Shown: in pieces, positions 46,714-55,804 of the stretch
Layout of the letters: each line of letters begins with the position of its first letter
Position numbering within the stretch: position 1 is the stretch's first letter
Assembly (NCBI GenBank): GCA_934699095.1
Contig: CAKUVI010000003.1
Span: forward strand, 67,785 to 131,784
Source of the DNA: an uncultured Bacteroidales bacterium
GTDB lineage: Bacteria; Bacteroidota; Bacteroidia; Bacteroidales; WCHB1-69
Length of the DNA: 64,000 nt
Direction: 5' to 3'
Program-made: the position numbers and the translations under genes
Notes under the pieces: generated by a model
Database searches by the model: none
The model's input: only the letters and a program-made list of their open reading frames with translations
Told to the model about the DNA's origin: nothing

Positions 46714-47499
46714 ATGACCATTGTTGATTTCTTGCAATCACTATTGTCTGTGCTCAACGCCAAGTTGCCCTATCTGCTGCTGGGTTTCCTCATTGCGGGG
46801 GTGCTGCATGTGTTTGTACCCAAAAGGTTTTATTCCCGCTATCTTTCGCGCGACAACAAACTGTCCGTGCTGTGGGTTGCTTTGTTGGGTGTGCCGCTAC
46901 CGCTTTGCTCTTGCGGTGTCATCCCGACCGCCGTAGGGCTGAAGAACGACTGGGCTTCAAAAGGAGCCGTCGCGTCGTTCCTCATCGCCACCCCGCAAAC
47001 GGGTATAGCCTCCATCCTCGTGGTGCATAAGTCAATGGGTAGCCGCTTCACATGGATTTACCTGCTCACCATCGTGGGGTTCTCCATCCTTTTCGGATTG
47101 TTGGTCAACGCAATAGGCCTCAATGCCGGCGTCACGCCCGCCTGTGACGGGGCGCATGGTGCTTGTTGCCCGGCCGAGACCCCATCTGTAAGTTGGTTCC
47201 GCACACTCTGTTCCGTACTTTTAGTTTTATTCATCATAATAGCATTGGGTATGAAATTATTTGACAAGTTCAAAAAAAAGGAAGCCGTTGAAGGCACGAC
47301 AACCTACACCGTCGAGGGCATGCACTGCAACCATTGCAAGGCCGCCGTGGAGCAGGCCGTGGGCAATCTGAGGGGCGTTGAGTCGTGCGAGGCCACGCCT
47401 GCAGCCAACACCCTGGTGGTCACGGGCACCGCCTCTGAAAAAGACATTTGCAAGGCCGTGGAACAGGCGGGGTTTGAGTTCAAGGAGGTGAAGGAGTAA
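46714..47499 (+). CDS. ArsP/DUF318-type permease (SO_0444-like) fused to a C-terminal heavy-metal-associated (HMA) domain
   Basis: GVPLPLCSCGVIPTAVGL permease motif, a Cys-rich CDGAHGACC segment, and the HMA motif TYTVEGMHCNHCKAAVEQAV. It is shorter than I would expect for this family. Confidence 0.65.
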   Translation: MTIVDFLQSLLSVLNAKLPYLLLGFLIAGVLHVFVPKRFYSRYLSRDNKLSVLWVALLGVPLPLCSCGVIPTAVGLKNDWASKGAVASFLIATPQTGIASILVVHKSMGSRFTWIYLLTIVGFSILFGLLVNAIGLNAGVTPACDGAHGACCPAETPSVSWFRTLCSVLLVLFIIIALGMKLFDKFKKKEAVEGTTTYTVEGMHCNHCKAAVEQAVGNLRGVESCEATPAANTLVVTGTASEKDICKAVEQAGFEFKEVKE

Positions 47500-47514
47500 G
47501 CTGAACGTTGTTTT

Positions 47515-47576
47515 CAAACGCTCTTCGTCCGCCCCAAACTTCATCTTTCGGGAGGCGTATGAAGCGGAAGTCGCAC
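47515..47576 (-). pseudogene. Remnant of the 3' end of an ATC-hydrolase-family gene (a decayed copy of 41726-41788)
   Basis: The minus strand reads CDFRFIRLPKDEVWGGRR..., compared with CDFCFIRHSKDEIWERTK in the intact gene. Confidence 0.6.
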
Positions 47577-47593
47577 CGGTTCTACCATCGATA

Positions 47594-47690
47594 ATTTCCT
47601 CGAATTCCCCCATTTCTATTGATTCCCAAAATGAAGATTCACCATTTACTGCAGCGAACATACTTCATTGCACGCAATAGCAGATTTTTT
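47594..47690. repeat. ~95-nt upstream-region repeat, copy B
   Basis: See copy A at 43034-43129. Confidence 0.7.
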
Positions 47691-47728
47691 TGTATTTTTG
47701 CTCTTTTGAAATAAAGAGCAAAAACAAA

Positions 47729-48100
47729 ATGAGTACACAGAAAATAGCAATCCCCACCAATGAGGGTATGTTGTGGCCGCATTTCGGCAAGGCCCCCCAA
47801 GTAACCATCGTAACCGTTGAAGAAGGTGAAGTCAAGGAAACTGTTGTCAAACAAGCCCCTGAGCATGAGCATGGTGCAATGCCGCGCTTCATCGCTGCCG
47901 AGGGGTGTACCGATGTCTTGTGCGGTGGACTCGGACAGGGTGCTATCCAATTGCTTGACGAATTGGGCATTGCCATCCATGCTGGAGCACCTGAGCTACC
48001 AGTAGAAGAGGTTCTTTCAATGTTTTTGAACGGCAGTATTGAATATGGTGACGGCTCGTGCCACCACGACGGCTGTGGCGGGCATCACCACCACGAGTAG
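47729..48100 (+). CDS. NifB/NifX-family (dinitrogenase Fe-Mo cofactor-binding fold) protein with a His-rich tail
   Basis: KIAIPTNEGMLWPHFGKAPQ, VLCGGLGQGAIQLL, and the tail CHHDGCGGHHHHE. A TATTTTTG box lies at 47691-47698. Confidence 0.65.
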   Translation: MSTQKIAIPTNEGMLWPHFGKAPQVTIVTVEEGEVKETVVKQAPEHEHGAMPRFIAAEGCTDVLCGGLGQGAIQLLDELGIAIHAGAPELPVEEVLSMFLNGSIEYGDGSCHHDGCGGHHHHE

Positions 48101-48181
48101 ATCGTGAAGTAGGCCTTGAAAGAAGAACTGCCGAAGACAAGGACGTGCCGCCAAACATCATATCAATTGACAACAGACAAT

Positions 48182-49018
48182 ATGGAATACAAAACGTTGA
48201 ACAATGGACTGAAGATGCCGATAGTCGGCCTTGGGGTCTATAACATCTCCGAAAAGGAGACGCAAAGGGTGGTGGAAGACGCCTTGTCGGTGGGCTACCG
48301 CAGCATCGACACGGCCGCCATGTACGAAAACGAGAAAGGCGTGGGCGACGCGGTTCGGGCTTGCGGCGTTCCCCGCGAGGAGCTGTTCGTCACCACCAAG
48401 ATCTGCGAGCCCTGCCATACGCGGGAGGAGACGCTGCGCACGGTTGACCGTTCCATGCGGCAGATCGGCCTGGACTATGTGGATCTGATGCTGCTCCACT
48501 GGCCTGTGGGGAACCCCGCCGTGATGTGGCAAACGCTCGAAGAACTCCACGCACAAGGCATGTTCAAGGCCATCGGGGTGTCGAACTTCTATCCCAACAC
48601 CTTCCCGATGATTGTGAAGGACGCCAAGGTCATGCCCGTCGTGAACCAATGCGAGGTCCATGTGCTCTACCAGCAGCGGAAAATGAGGGAATATCTGAAG
48701 CCTTACGGAGTGGCTATGGAGGCCTGGAGCCCGTTGGCGGAAGGGCGGAGCAGCATCTTCAAGAACGAGACGTTGGTAAGTATCGGCGAGAAATACGGCA
48801 AGACATCCGCCCAGGTTGCTTTGAAGTTCCTGGTCCAGAACGACATCATCATCATTCCCAAGACGACGCACAAGGAGAGGATGGTGGAGAACATCAGCCT
48901 CTTCGACTTCGCGCTGACAGACGGCGACCTCGCCGAGATCCGGCGGTTAGACACCGGCCGCAATGTGACCGGCTGGCCGTCGGATGCGCTTGTGTATGAG
49001 CCTGCGGTTGTTGGTTAG
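48182..49018 (+). CDS. Aldo/keto reductase (copy 1)
   Basis: MEYKTLNNGLKMPIVGLGVY, IDTAAMYENE, LLHWP, SNF. Confidence 0.85.
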   Translation: MEYKTLNNGLKMPIVGLGVYNISEKETQRVVEDALSVGYRSIDTAAMYENEKGVGDAVRACGVPREELFVTTKICEPCHTREETLRTVDRSMRQIGLDYVDLMLLHWPVGNPAVMWQTLEELHAQGMFKAIGVSNFYPNTFPMIVKDAKVMPVVNQCEVHVLYQQRKMREYLKPYGVAMEAWSPLAEGRSSIFKNETLVSIGEKYGKTSAQVALKFLVQNDIIIIPKTTHKERMVENISLFDFALTDGDLAEIRRLDTGRNVTGWPSDALVYEPAVVG

Positions 49019-49052
49019 CCTTCGTGTTAACATGAAATAACCAACACTAAAC
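49014..49052. repeat. GTTAAC-hairpin intergenic repeat, copy b (degenerate)
   Basis: GTTAGCCTTCGTGTTAACATGAAATAACCAACAC. Confidence 0.7.
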
Positions 49053-49169
49053 AGCTGTCGCTTTCGTTGCATTTTTTTGTCCATGCACAACAAAAATAGC
49101 ATCACGATAATTTTCTTTGTCTATAGACAATATATTTTACTATTTTTACAGCCGATAAAAACAAAAGAA

Positions 49170-50384
49170 ATGGAAGTGCTCACTCGCAAACATTATGCCG
49201 ATATCGTGGATTCGTGGATAGGCAAGGGCAATATCATCGCCTTGGTCGGATCGCGCCGCGTCGGCAAAAGCTATGTTCTCAAAGACTTCATCCAACGGCA
49301 CCAGGACGAACGGGATGCCAACATCGTATTTATAGACAAGGAAAAGAAAGCTTTCAAGGAGATCAAGACTAAAGACGATCTTGACAACTGGATCGAGGCG
49401 CGCTTCATCAAAGGAAAGCACAATTACATTTTGATTGACGAAGCGCAAGAAATTGAGCATTTTGAGGAAAGCGTATGCAATTGGTACACAGAGGATGACA
49501 CCGACATCATTATCACAGGCAGTAACTCCAAAATGCTTTCCGGCGAGTTAGCCACTCTAATTTCCGGACGTCACGTGGAAATCCGCATCCATCCGCTCGT
49601 ATATTCTGAATTTCTGGAATTCCACAATCTTCCCGACAGCGACGAAACGCTAATGACCTACCTGACTTACGGTGGACTGCCTGGGCTAAGGAAAGTGGGA
49701 CTCGACAGCGACGAGCAGGTGTGGGCCTACCTCTCCAGCGTCTTCAACACCATCATGCTCAAGGACATCATCGAGCGGCACGACATCCGCAACATCCCTT
49801 TTCTCAACAACCTCATCGCTTTTTACGCGGACACAACCGGCAAGCTCACATCTGCCAACAGCATTGCGAAATACATGAAATCGCAGCGGGAAAATGTGTC
49901 TGCCAACCTTGTCCTGCTTTACCGTGAGTTTTACGCCGAAGCATTCCTGCTTGACATCGTTTCCCGGTTCGATATCCATGGTAAAAAAATCATCGAGTCC
50001 AACGAGAAAATCTACTGGGACGACTTGGGCCTCCGCAACCTCAAGGCCGAGGGAAGTATGGACTCCTACATCGAAAAGGTAATCGAAAATGCCATTTACA
50101 AACACCTGCGCCATTTGGGCTACGAAGTGAAGGTGGGCGTGCTGAATGCTGGGGAGGTAGATTTCGTCTGCACTAAACCGGGCAAAACGGTTTATGTACA
50201 AGCGAGTTACATCATTGCGGAAGAGTCCACCCGCAAGCGTGAGTTCGGTCCATTGGAGAAGATCCGCGACAACCATCCGAAATACGTCATCAGCGCCACA
50301 CCGCTGCTTACCTCTCGGGACGAAAACGGAATCACCCACCTCGCCCTGCGAAAATTCCTCAAAAACGGTTTCGAACAAGGTTAA
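49170..50384 (+). CDS. AAA+ ATPase with a C-terminal DUF4143-type domain (COG1373-like)
   Basis: ALVGSRRVGKSY Walker A and ILIDEAQ Walker B. Start taken at MEVLTRKHY. Confidence 0.8.
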   Translation: MEVLTRKHYADIVDSWIGKGNIIALVGSRRVGKSYVLKDFIQRHQDERDANIVFIDKEKKAFKEIKTKDDLDNWIEARFIKGKHNYILIDEAQEIEHFEESVCNWYTEDDTDIIITGSNSKMLSGELATLISGRHVEIRIHPLVYSEFLEFHNLPDSDETLMTYLTYGGLPGLRKVGLDSDEQVWAYLSSVFNTIMLKDIIERHDIRNIPFLNNLIAFYADTTGKLTSANSIAKYMKSQRENVSANLVLLYREFYAEAFLLDIVSRFDIHGKKIIESNEKIYWDDLGLRNLKAEGSMDSYIEKVIENAIYKHLRHLGYEVKVGVLNAGEVDFVCTKPGKTVYVQASYIIAEESTRKREFGPLEKIRDNHPKYVISATPLLTSRDENGITHLALRKFLKNGFEQG

Positions 50385-50392
50385 CGGGACAG

Positions 50393-50446
50393 AGCCTTCG
50401 GTTGTCAATTTACTTCGTGTTAACATGAAATAACCAACCGAAGTAC
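50393..50446. repeat. GTTAAC-hairpin intergenic repeat, copy c
   Basis: GCCTTCGGTTG...TACTTCGTGTTAACATGAAATAACCAACCGAAGTA. The outer arms CTTCGGTTG/CAACCGAAG can pair. Confidence 0.75.
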
Positions 50447-50468
50447 CCAACATTTACTCCTCGGTCTT

Positions 50469-50523
50469 CCGCTTCATTCAAGAAAAGTTGTATTTTTGCA
50501 GAGTCTTTTGAATAGGACAAATG
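50469..50523 (+). promoter_or_regulatory. Orphan copy of a 55-nt promoter/leader module (-7 box at 50491-50498)
   Basis: CCGCTTCATTCAAGAAAAGTTGTATTTTTGCAGAGTCTTTTGAATAGGACAAATG is nearly identical to 52705-52761 but has no gene after it. Confidence 0.65.
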
Positions 50524-50781
50524 CGAAAGCCAAAACGACAATGGACAAAAACGAATTCTTAGCAGCCATTTCTGACAGTTATGGGAACCTCGACGACGAA
50601 CCCGTGACACCCTAACTCCAAATCGCATTTTCGGTTGTTTGATCAGTTTTTGAAAGCTGTTGCAGATTGTAACGTTTTTTTTAATTTTGCGTCGTTAATT
50701 GAAAATCTCAAAAAACGCGAAATTGCACAATTTTTAGAAAAAAAATCGTTAATGTGATTCACAAAACGTACCATTCTACAG

Positions 50782-50816
50782 GTTTTTATGACCTGATATT
50801 TAGAGTACGTTAAAAC
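50782..50816 (+). repeat. Inner direct repeat, left copy
   Basis: GTTTTTATGACCTGATAT...GTACGTTAAA recurs at 52466-52506. Confidence 0.75.
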
Positions 50817-50898
50817 AAAAAAAACTAGTAGAAGTTCAGGTTAAAGGGCTCTGCCTGCGCGGATACGGATAATAAATCAACAGCCCGAAATGTTGACA

Positions 50899-52443
50899 AT
50901 GAAAAAGGTTATTTTTTTCCTATGCATGCTTGCCACACTCTCTGTCCATTCACAGGAAATAGTCACCAAAGTGGTGGACAAAGTGGGCTCATATCGCGAT
51001 TATCTCACACGTTTGGAAGGTAAAGGCTCCGACCACTACCTTTTTTTCAGCGGAATTGTGATTAATGCGGCAAACCCGTCATACAACAAATGGATAGTGA
51101 GGGACGTTATCGTTCTCGCTCAGAAAGACGGTACAACCGGAAAGAGAATAAACATCGAACATACGGCTGAATATGAGCTTCTTACAGCATACGAAGGGAC
51201 CGAGGATCTGATCCTTGTCTATTGCAAATTTAAGGATAGTGAAAAGAATTTCGTTCTCTATCTGAACAGAGTACCTAAAGAGACCGGGCAAAGCGGCGTA
51301 TGGAATCCAGAAAAAATAATCTCAATTCCAATGGAGAGAAGGGATGACATGCTGATTCACGTGGCACGTTCTAAGGATGACTCTAAAGCCGCTGTGCTGA
51401 TGATGCACACCAGAAACAACAGCGTCCTGATCGAAAGAGACGATTACACTTTCAAAGGAGCAGCGGCTGTCGCTTTCGGGGAAGAAGGTTTGATCTGGTC
51501 ACAACCCATTGCCGTGGGCACAGCCAACAACACTCTCCAGTTTTTTGATTTCGCCATTGGAAACGATGCCACTGCCTTCGCTGTCATCAAATCATTTAAC
51601 AAAAAAGGAGATGTCCATTCCAATGAGACAATGCATTCTTTCAGACTGAACAGCGATGATGTTATGGCTACTACTGACGATTTTTCCACTTTCGAGTTTG
51701 GGTCACCCTCTAACGGAAAAATTCTGGTAACAGAGGACGGAAGACCAGTCATTGGCGGGTATTATACATCCGAGCCTGGTGGCAAAGAAGTCGGGACTTA
51801 CACCATTTGCTTTGAGAACGAATCATTTTACAACCCCAGAGTCAGCTTTGCAAAATTCCCGCAGGAATATTTTTCATATAAGCATCCGAAATCAGAGGCT
51901 CCCGCCAAGGAATACACAGTTTGGCCGATGGATTTTTACGAGTTCAGCGATGGCACACTGGCACTTCTGGGCGAACCCCATAACGAGACGTCCATCATGT
52001 CGAGCACATACACGTTGGCCGGAAATATCATAGTCAATTTCGTGAACAAGCAAGGCGACCTTTCTGATGCAAGTATGATTCAAAAAAGTCAAGCGATAAT
52101 GTCAGCTTCCAAGTCCTTGAGTTTGCTGAGGATAAGCATGTTCTCATTTAACACATATATGAAAGACGACCTGATTCACGTCTTCTTCATTGATGATATC
52201 GCCAACTATATGGGAAAAAGAGGAGAGGCATGCGTTGTGGGCAGCTATTCATCCGGCAAACATTGTATGGCCTATTGCACGATAGATCCCCGGCAGAACA
52301 TTTCCTCCCCGATAATGCTGATTGATTACAAAAAACAAAAAACCAGGGTTTACGTTCCGCTATTTGTGGATCACGACGGAGTTTGGATATACAATAGCGA
52401 AAAAATGTTCGCCATAGTCTCCAAATTCCTTCACACGTTTTAA
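50899..52443 (+). CDS. Hypothetical secreted protein, a distant paralog of 21577-23121
   Basis: Signal peptide MKKVIFFLCMLATLSVHSQ. It shares spaced motifs with the 21577 gene. Confidence 0.6.
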   Translation: MKKVIFFLCMLATLSVHSQEIVTKVVDKVGSYRDYLTRLEGKGSDHYLFFSGIVINAANPSYNKWIVRDVIVLAQKDGTTGKRINIEHTAEYELLTAYEGTEDLILVYCKFKDSEKNFVLYLNRVPKETGQSGVWNPEKIISIPMERRDDMLIHVARSKDDSKAAVLMMHTRNNSVLIERDDYTFKGAAAVAFGEEGLIWSQPIAVGTANNTLQFFDFAIGNDATAFAVIKSFNKKGDVHSNETMHSFRLNSDDVMATTDDFSTFEFGSPSNGKILVTEDGRPVIGGYYTSEPGGKEVGTYTICFENESFYNPRVSFAKFPQEYFSYKHPKSEAPAKEYTVWPMDFYEFSDGTLALLGEPHNETSIMSSTYTLAGNIIVNFVNKQGDLSDASMIQKSQAIMSASKSLSLLRISMFSFNTYMKDDLIHVFFIDDIANYMGKRGEACVVGSYSSGKHCMAYCTIDPRQNISSPIMLIDYKKQKTRVYVPLFVDHDGVWIYNSEKMFAIVSKFLHTF

Positions 52444-52465
52444 TATGATGCCAAAACAGGCCATA

Positions 52466-52506
52466 GTTTTTATGACCTGATATCTGATATTTCGGGTACG
52501 TTAAAC
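52466..52506 (+). repeat. Inner direct repeat, right copy
   Basis: Same 18-nt core plus GTACGTTAAAC, with a CTGATAT micro-duplication. Confidence 0.75.
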
Positions 52507-52704
52507 TAATGATGGCTTAAAGTCTAATTTTTTTCTGGGCGACCGGGCACGCTTTCCGCTCGAATTTCGCCCTAAAGGGCTCATAACCGCTGCAATCGTT
52601 GTCGCGGTATTAAGGTAAACAAAAACGCGGTCAAACAGCACGACCGCGTCTTTCTTTGTCCTATGTTTTCCGTTTATAAACGTCATCGCCTGCAAAACAG
52701 CCTC

Positions 52705-52761
52705 CCGCTTCATTCAAGAAAAGTCGTATTTTTGCAGAGTCGTTTGAACAGAACAAATATG
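52705..52761 (+). promoter_or_regulatory. Functional copy of the 55-nt promoter/leader module (-7 box at 52727-52734) driving the flavodoxin-like gene
   Basis: See 50469-50523. It ends in the ATG at 52759. Confidence 0.6.
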
Positions 52762-53376
52762 AAAGCACTCCTCATCAACGGCAGCCCAAACGCGAAGGGC
52801 TGCACCTTCACTGCCCTTAGCATCGTGGCGGAAGAGTTACAGAAAAACGGTATTGAAACCGAGATCGTCCACGTGGGACACAAGAATATCCATGGCTGCA
52901 TCAGCTGCGGGAAATGCTACGAAACAGGCAAATGCGTCTTCGATGACATCGTGAACGAAGTCGCCCCGAAATTCGAGCAAGCCGACGCGCTGATCATCGG
53001 CTCGCCGGTCTATTACGCGGGCATCGCCGGCACGATGAAATCCTTCCTCGACCGCCTCTTCTTCAGCACGCCTTTCCGCAAGTGCATGAAAGTGGGTGCC
53101 GCGGTCTGCTCGGCCCGACGCGCCGGCACCACCGCCACCTTCGACCAGCTGAACAAATACTTCACTATCAGCGAGATGCCCATCGCCAGTACCCGCTACT
53201 GGAACATGGTACACGGTCACAGTGCCGAAGATGTGATGCAGGATGCGGAGGGCGTGCAGTGCATGCGCATCCTCGGCCGCAACATCGCCTTCCTCGTCAA
53301 GGCCATCGCCGCCGAGAAGGAGCGCAGCGGCCTGCCCGAGGCGGAAGAAGCGGTGTTCACTAATTTCATCCGGTAA
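52759..53376 (+). CDS. Flavodoxin-fold NAD(P)H-dependent FMN reductase / iron-sulfur flavoprotein-like protein
   Basis: MKALLINGSPNAKG, CISCGKCYETGKC Cys cluster, IIGSPVYYAG. Confidence 0.8.
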   Translation: MKALLINGSPNAKGCTFTALSIVAEELQKNGIETEIVHVGHKNIHGCISCGKCYETGKCVFDDIVNEVAPKFEQADALIIGSPVYYAGIAGTMKSFLDRLFFSTPFRKCMKVGAAVCSARRAGTTATFDQLNKYFTISEMPIASTRYWNMVHGHSAEDVMQDAEGVQCMRILGRNIAFLVKAIAAEKERSGLPEAEEAVFTNFIR

Positions 53377-53412
53377 AATAGACTATGACTCACTAAACTT
53401 AAAGAAAAAAAC

Positions 53413-53808
53413 TATGAAGAAAGTAAAGATTACCGTCCTCAAAACGATGCTGAATGAGGACTTGGCAAAGGAATATGGCATCTGCGGACTGAAAGCGTGT
53501 CCGATGATGAAGGAAGGTGATGTGTTTTATTCCGACTATGCAAAGCCTGATGGTTTTTGTGACGAAGCATGGAAAGCCATCTATCAGTATGTGTTTGCAC
53601 TGGCTCATGGTGCAGACAAAGGACTGTTCTACTATGGCGATTGGATTAAAGAGCCCGGTGTGGCCGTTGTCAGTTGCAATGACGGCCTTCGTCCTGTGAT
53701 AATGAAACTTGAAGCAACAGATGAGGAAGCCAGGATGGATTATTCGCCAATAGAAAGATGATGAAAAATATGGAACACAAAATCCTGAACAATGGACTGA
53801 AGATGCCG
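53413..53808 (+). repeat. ~396-bp segmental duplication, copy 1 (copy 2 at 58973-59369)
   Basis: The encoded 115-aa proteins and the shadow ORFs are identical in both copies. The copies diverge after AATGGACT-GAAGATGCCG. Confidence 0.85.
53414..53761 (+). CDS. TIGR04076-family small protein (copy 1)
   Basis: 115 aa, with KACPMMKEGDVF...KPDGFCDEAWKAI. Confidence 0.7.
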   Translation: MKKVKITVLKTMLNEDLAKEYGICGLKACPMMKEGDVFYSDYAKPDGFCDEAWKAIYQYVFALAHGADKGLFYYGDWIKEPGVAVVSCNDGLRPVIMKLEATDEEARMDYSPIER

Positions 53809-54606
53809 ATGGTCGGCCTTGGGGTCTATAACATCCCCGAAAAAGAGACGCAAAGGGTGGTGGAAGACGCCTTGTCGGTGGGCTACCGCAGCATTGACAC
53901 GGCTGCCATGTACGAAAACGAGAAAGGCGTAGGCGACGCGGTTCGGGCTTGCAACGTTCCACGCGAAGAGCTGTTCGTCACCACCAAAATCTGCGAGCCC
54001 TGCTATACGCGGGAGGAGACGCTACGCACAGTTGACCAGTCCATGCGGCAGATCGGATTGGACTATGTGGATCTGATGCTACTCCACTGGCCCGTGGGAA
54101 ACCCCACCGTCATGTGGCACACGCTCGAAGAACTCTATGCGCAAGGCATGTTCAAGGCCATCGGAGTGTCGAACTTCTATCCCAACACCTTCCCGATGAT
54201 TGTGGAGGACGCCAAGGTCATGCCCGTCGTGAACCAATGCGAGGCCCATGTGCTCTACCAGCAGCGGAAAATGAGGGAATACCTGAAGCCTTACGATGTG
54301 GCTTTGGAGGCCTGGAGTCCGTTGGCAGAAGGCCGGAGCAGCATCTTCAAAGACAAGATTTTGATGAGTATAGGCGAAAAATACGGCAAGACTTCCGCCC
54401 AGATAGCCTTGAAATTCCTCGTCCAGAACGACATCATCATCATTCCCAAGACGACGCACAAGGAGAGGATGGTGGAGAACATCAGTCTCTTCGACTTCAC
54501 GCTGACAGACGGCGACCTCGCCGAAATACAGCGGTTGGACACCGGCCGGAATGTGACTGGCTGGCCGTCGGATGCGCTTATATATGAGCCTGCGGCTGTT
54601 GGTTAG
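53770..54606 (+). CDS. Aldo/keto reductase (copy 2, a close paralog of 48182-49018)
   Basis: Collinear with copy 1 and nearly identical to it. An alternative start lies at 53758. Confidence 0.85.
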   Translation: MEHKILNNGLKMPMVGLGVYNIPEKETQRVVEDALSVGYRSIDTAAMYENEKGVGDAVRACNVPREELFVTTKICEPCYTREETLRTVDQSMRQIGLDYVDLMLLHWPVGNPTVMWHTLEELYAQGMFKAIGVSNFYPNTFPMIVEDAKVMPVVNQCEAHVLYQQRKMREYLKPYDVALEAWSPLAEGRSSIFKDKILMSIGEKYGKTSAQIALKFLVQNDIIIIPKTTHKERMVENISLFDFTLTDGDLAEIQRLDTGRNVTGWPSDALIYEPAAVG

Positions 54607-54645
54607 CCTTCGTGTTAACACGAAGTAGCAAACACGAAGTAACAA
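54596..54645. repeat. GTTAAC-hairpin intergenic repeat, copy d
   Basis: A perfect 18-nt palindrome CTTCGTGTTAACACGAAG at 54608-54625, plus a second right arm AACACGAAGTA at 54631-54641. Confidence 0.8.
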
Positions 54646-54661
54646 ACATAAATTACCTAAA

Positions 54662-55504
54662 ATGAAATACTACATCGTTGACGCTTTCACAGACAAGCCT
54701 TTTGGCGGGAACCCTGCAGGAGTGGCGCTCCTTGACGGGGATGTTTTTCCGCCGGAGAAACTGATGCTGCAAATCGCCGCCGAGCTGCGCTATTCGGAGA
54801 CGGCCTTCGTGAGACGGGATGCCGAGAAGGAGTTCACCGTCCGCTACTTCACCCCGATGGCCGAGGTGGATCTGTGCGGACACGCCACCATCGCCTCGTT
54901 TGCCCTGATACACCGCAAACTCGGTGTCACCGGCCAGTGCCTCTGTCACGCAAAAGCCGGCGATATCCATGTCGAGGCGGGACCGCGGGTGTTGATGCAG
55001 ATGACCCCGTCCGAAGTCCTGAAAACCATTGAGGACACCGAGGAGGTCTATCGAGCGATTGGCATTTGCAACTACACCCCTACCCTGCCGGTGATGATTG
55101 TCTCGACAGGCCTACCCGACTTCATGATTCAGGTTGAGGATGTCGAAACGCTCAACCGTCTTCCTCTTGACATGAACGCCATCAGCGCGGTGACGGAAAA
55201 ACACAACGCTGTCAGTTTCCACGTCTTCGCTTTCGGCAACGACGGCCACACCGCCCACGTGCGCGATTTCGGGCCGTTGTATGGCATTCCCGAGGAGTCG
55301 GCCACCGGCACCGCCAACGCCTCCTTGACCCATTATCTCCAGCGGAACGGGTGCATCCCCCCGACGGGCGACTTCTCCTTCCTGCAAGGCGAGGCGATGG
55401 GACGGCCTTCGGTAGTGAACACGCGCGTCACTGCCGACGGCACAATCTATGTCGGCGGCACCGCGGCGGTGGTGGCGGAGGGGGAAATGCGGCTACGTCT
55501 ATGA
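54662..55504 (+). CDS. PhzF-family isomerase
   Basis: [21 protein letters not shown], then ETAFV and LCGHATIAS. Confidence 0.85.
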   Translation: MKYYIVDAFTDKPFGGNPAGVALLDGDVFPPEKLMLQIAAELRYSETAFVRRDAEKEFTVRYFTPMAEVDLCGHATIASFALIHRKLGVTGQCLCHAKAGDIHVEAGPRVLMQMTPSEVLKTIEDTEEVYRAIGICNYTPTLPVMIVSTGLPDFMIQVEDVETLNRLPLDMNAISAVTEKHNAVSFHVFAFGNDGHTAHVRDFGPLYGIPEESATGTANASLTHYLQRNGCIPPTGDFSFLQGEAMGRPSVVNTRVTADGTIYVGGTAAVVAEGEMRLRL

Positions 55505-55601
55505 TCCCGCCGAGCACGACGGCGTGGCCTTCGAGGACCTGCCGGACGATTGGAAATGCCCGAGATGTAAGCAGGGGAAGGAGAAGTTCAACAGGGCGTA
55601 A
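55497..55601 (+). pseudogene. Orphan rubredoxin C-terminal fragment overlapping the PhzF stop codon
   Basis: [34 protein letters not shown]-stop closely matches the last 34 aa of the 17606-18598 gene. No N-terminal CxxC and no start codon. Confidence 0.65.
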
Positions 55602-55750
55602 CGGGGAAACGGCTCTAAATTACCAAAATCTGTAAAGGAAGCCGGATAGACGGAGCGGAATCCTGTTGCTCAAGGATATTCGATGTTTTACTTGTTCCAA
55701 TAAGCATTTCTACCAAGAATAGTTTCATGGTGGTAGGTAGTATTGTGAAT

Positions 55751-55804
55751 AAAAATCGTCAGTGTATTGACTGAATTTACGTAAAAATCGTCAGCGTATT
55801 GACT
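55751..55804 (+). repeat. Two 22-nt direct repeats AAAAATCGTCAG-Y-GTATTGACT, 32 nt apart, just upstream of a -7 box
   Basis: The copies lie at 55751-55772 and 55783-55804. A related sequence, AAAAATCGTTAATGTGATTCAC, lies at 50741-50762. Confidence 0.65.

Noticed and set aside
52510-52660. A GC-rich non-coding stretch with hairpins (GGGCGA…TCGCCC and GCGGTC…GACCGC plus a T-rich tail), considered as a candidate sRNA.
   Set aside because: The second hairpin could simply be a terminator. I cannot identify a promoter or any conserved RNA family by eye. It would need RNA-seq or Infernal.
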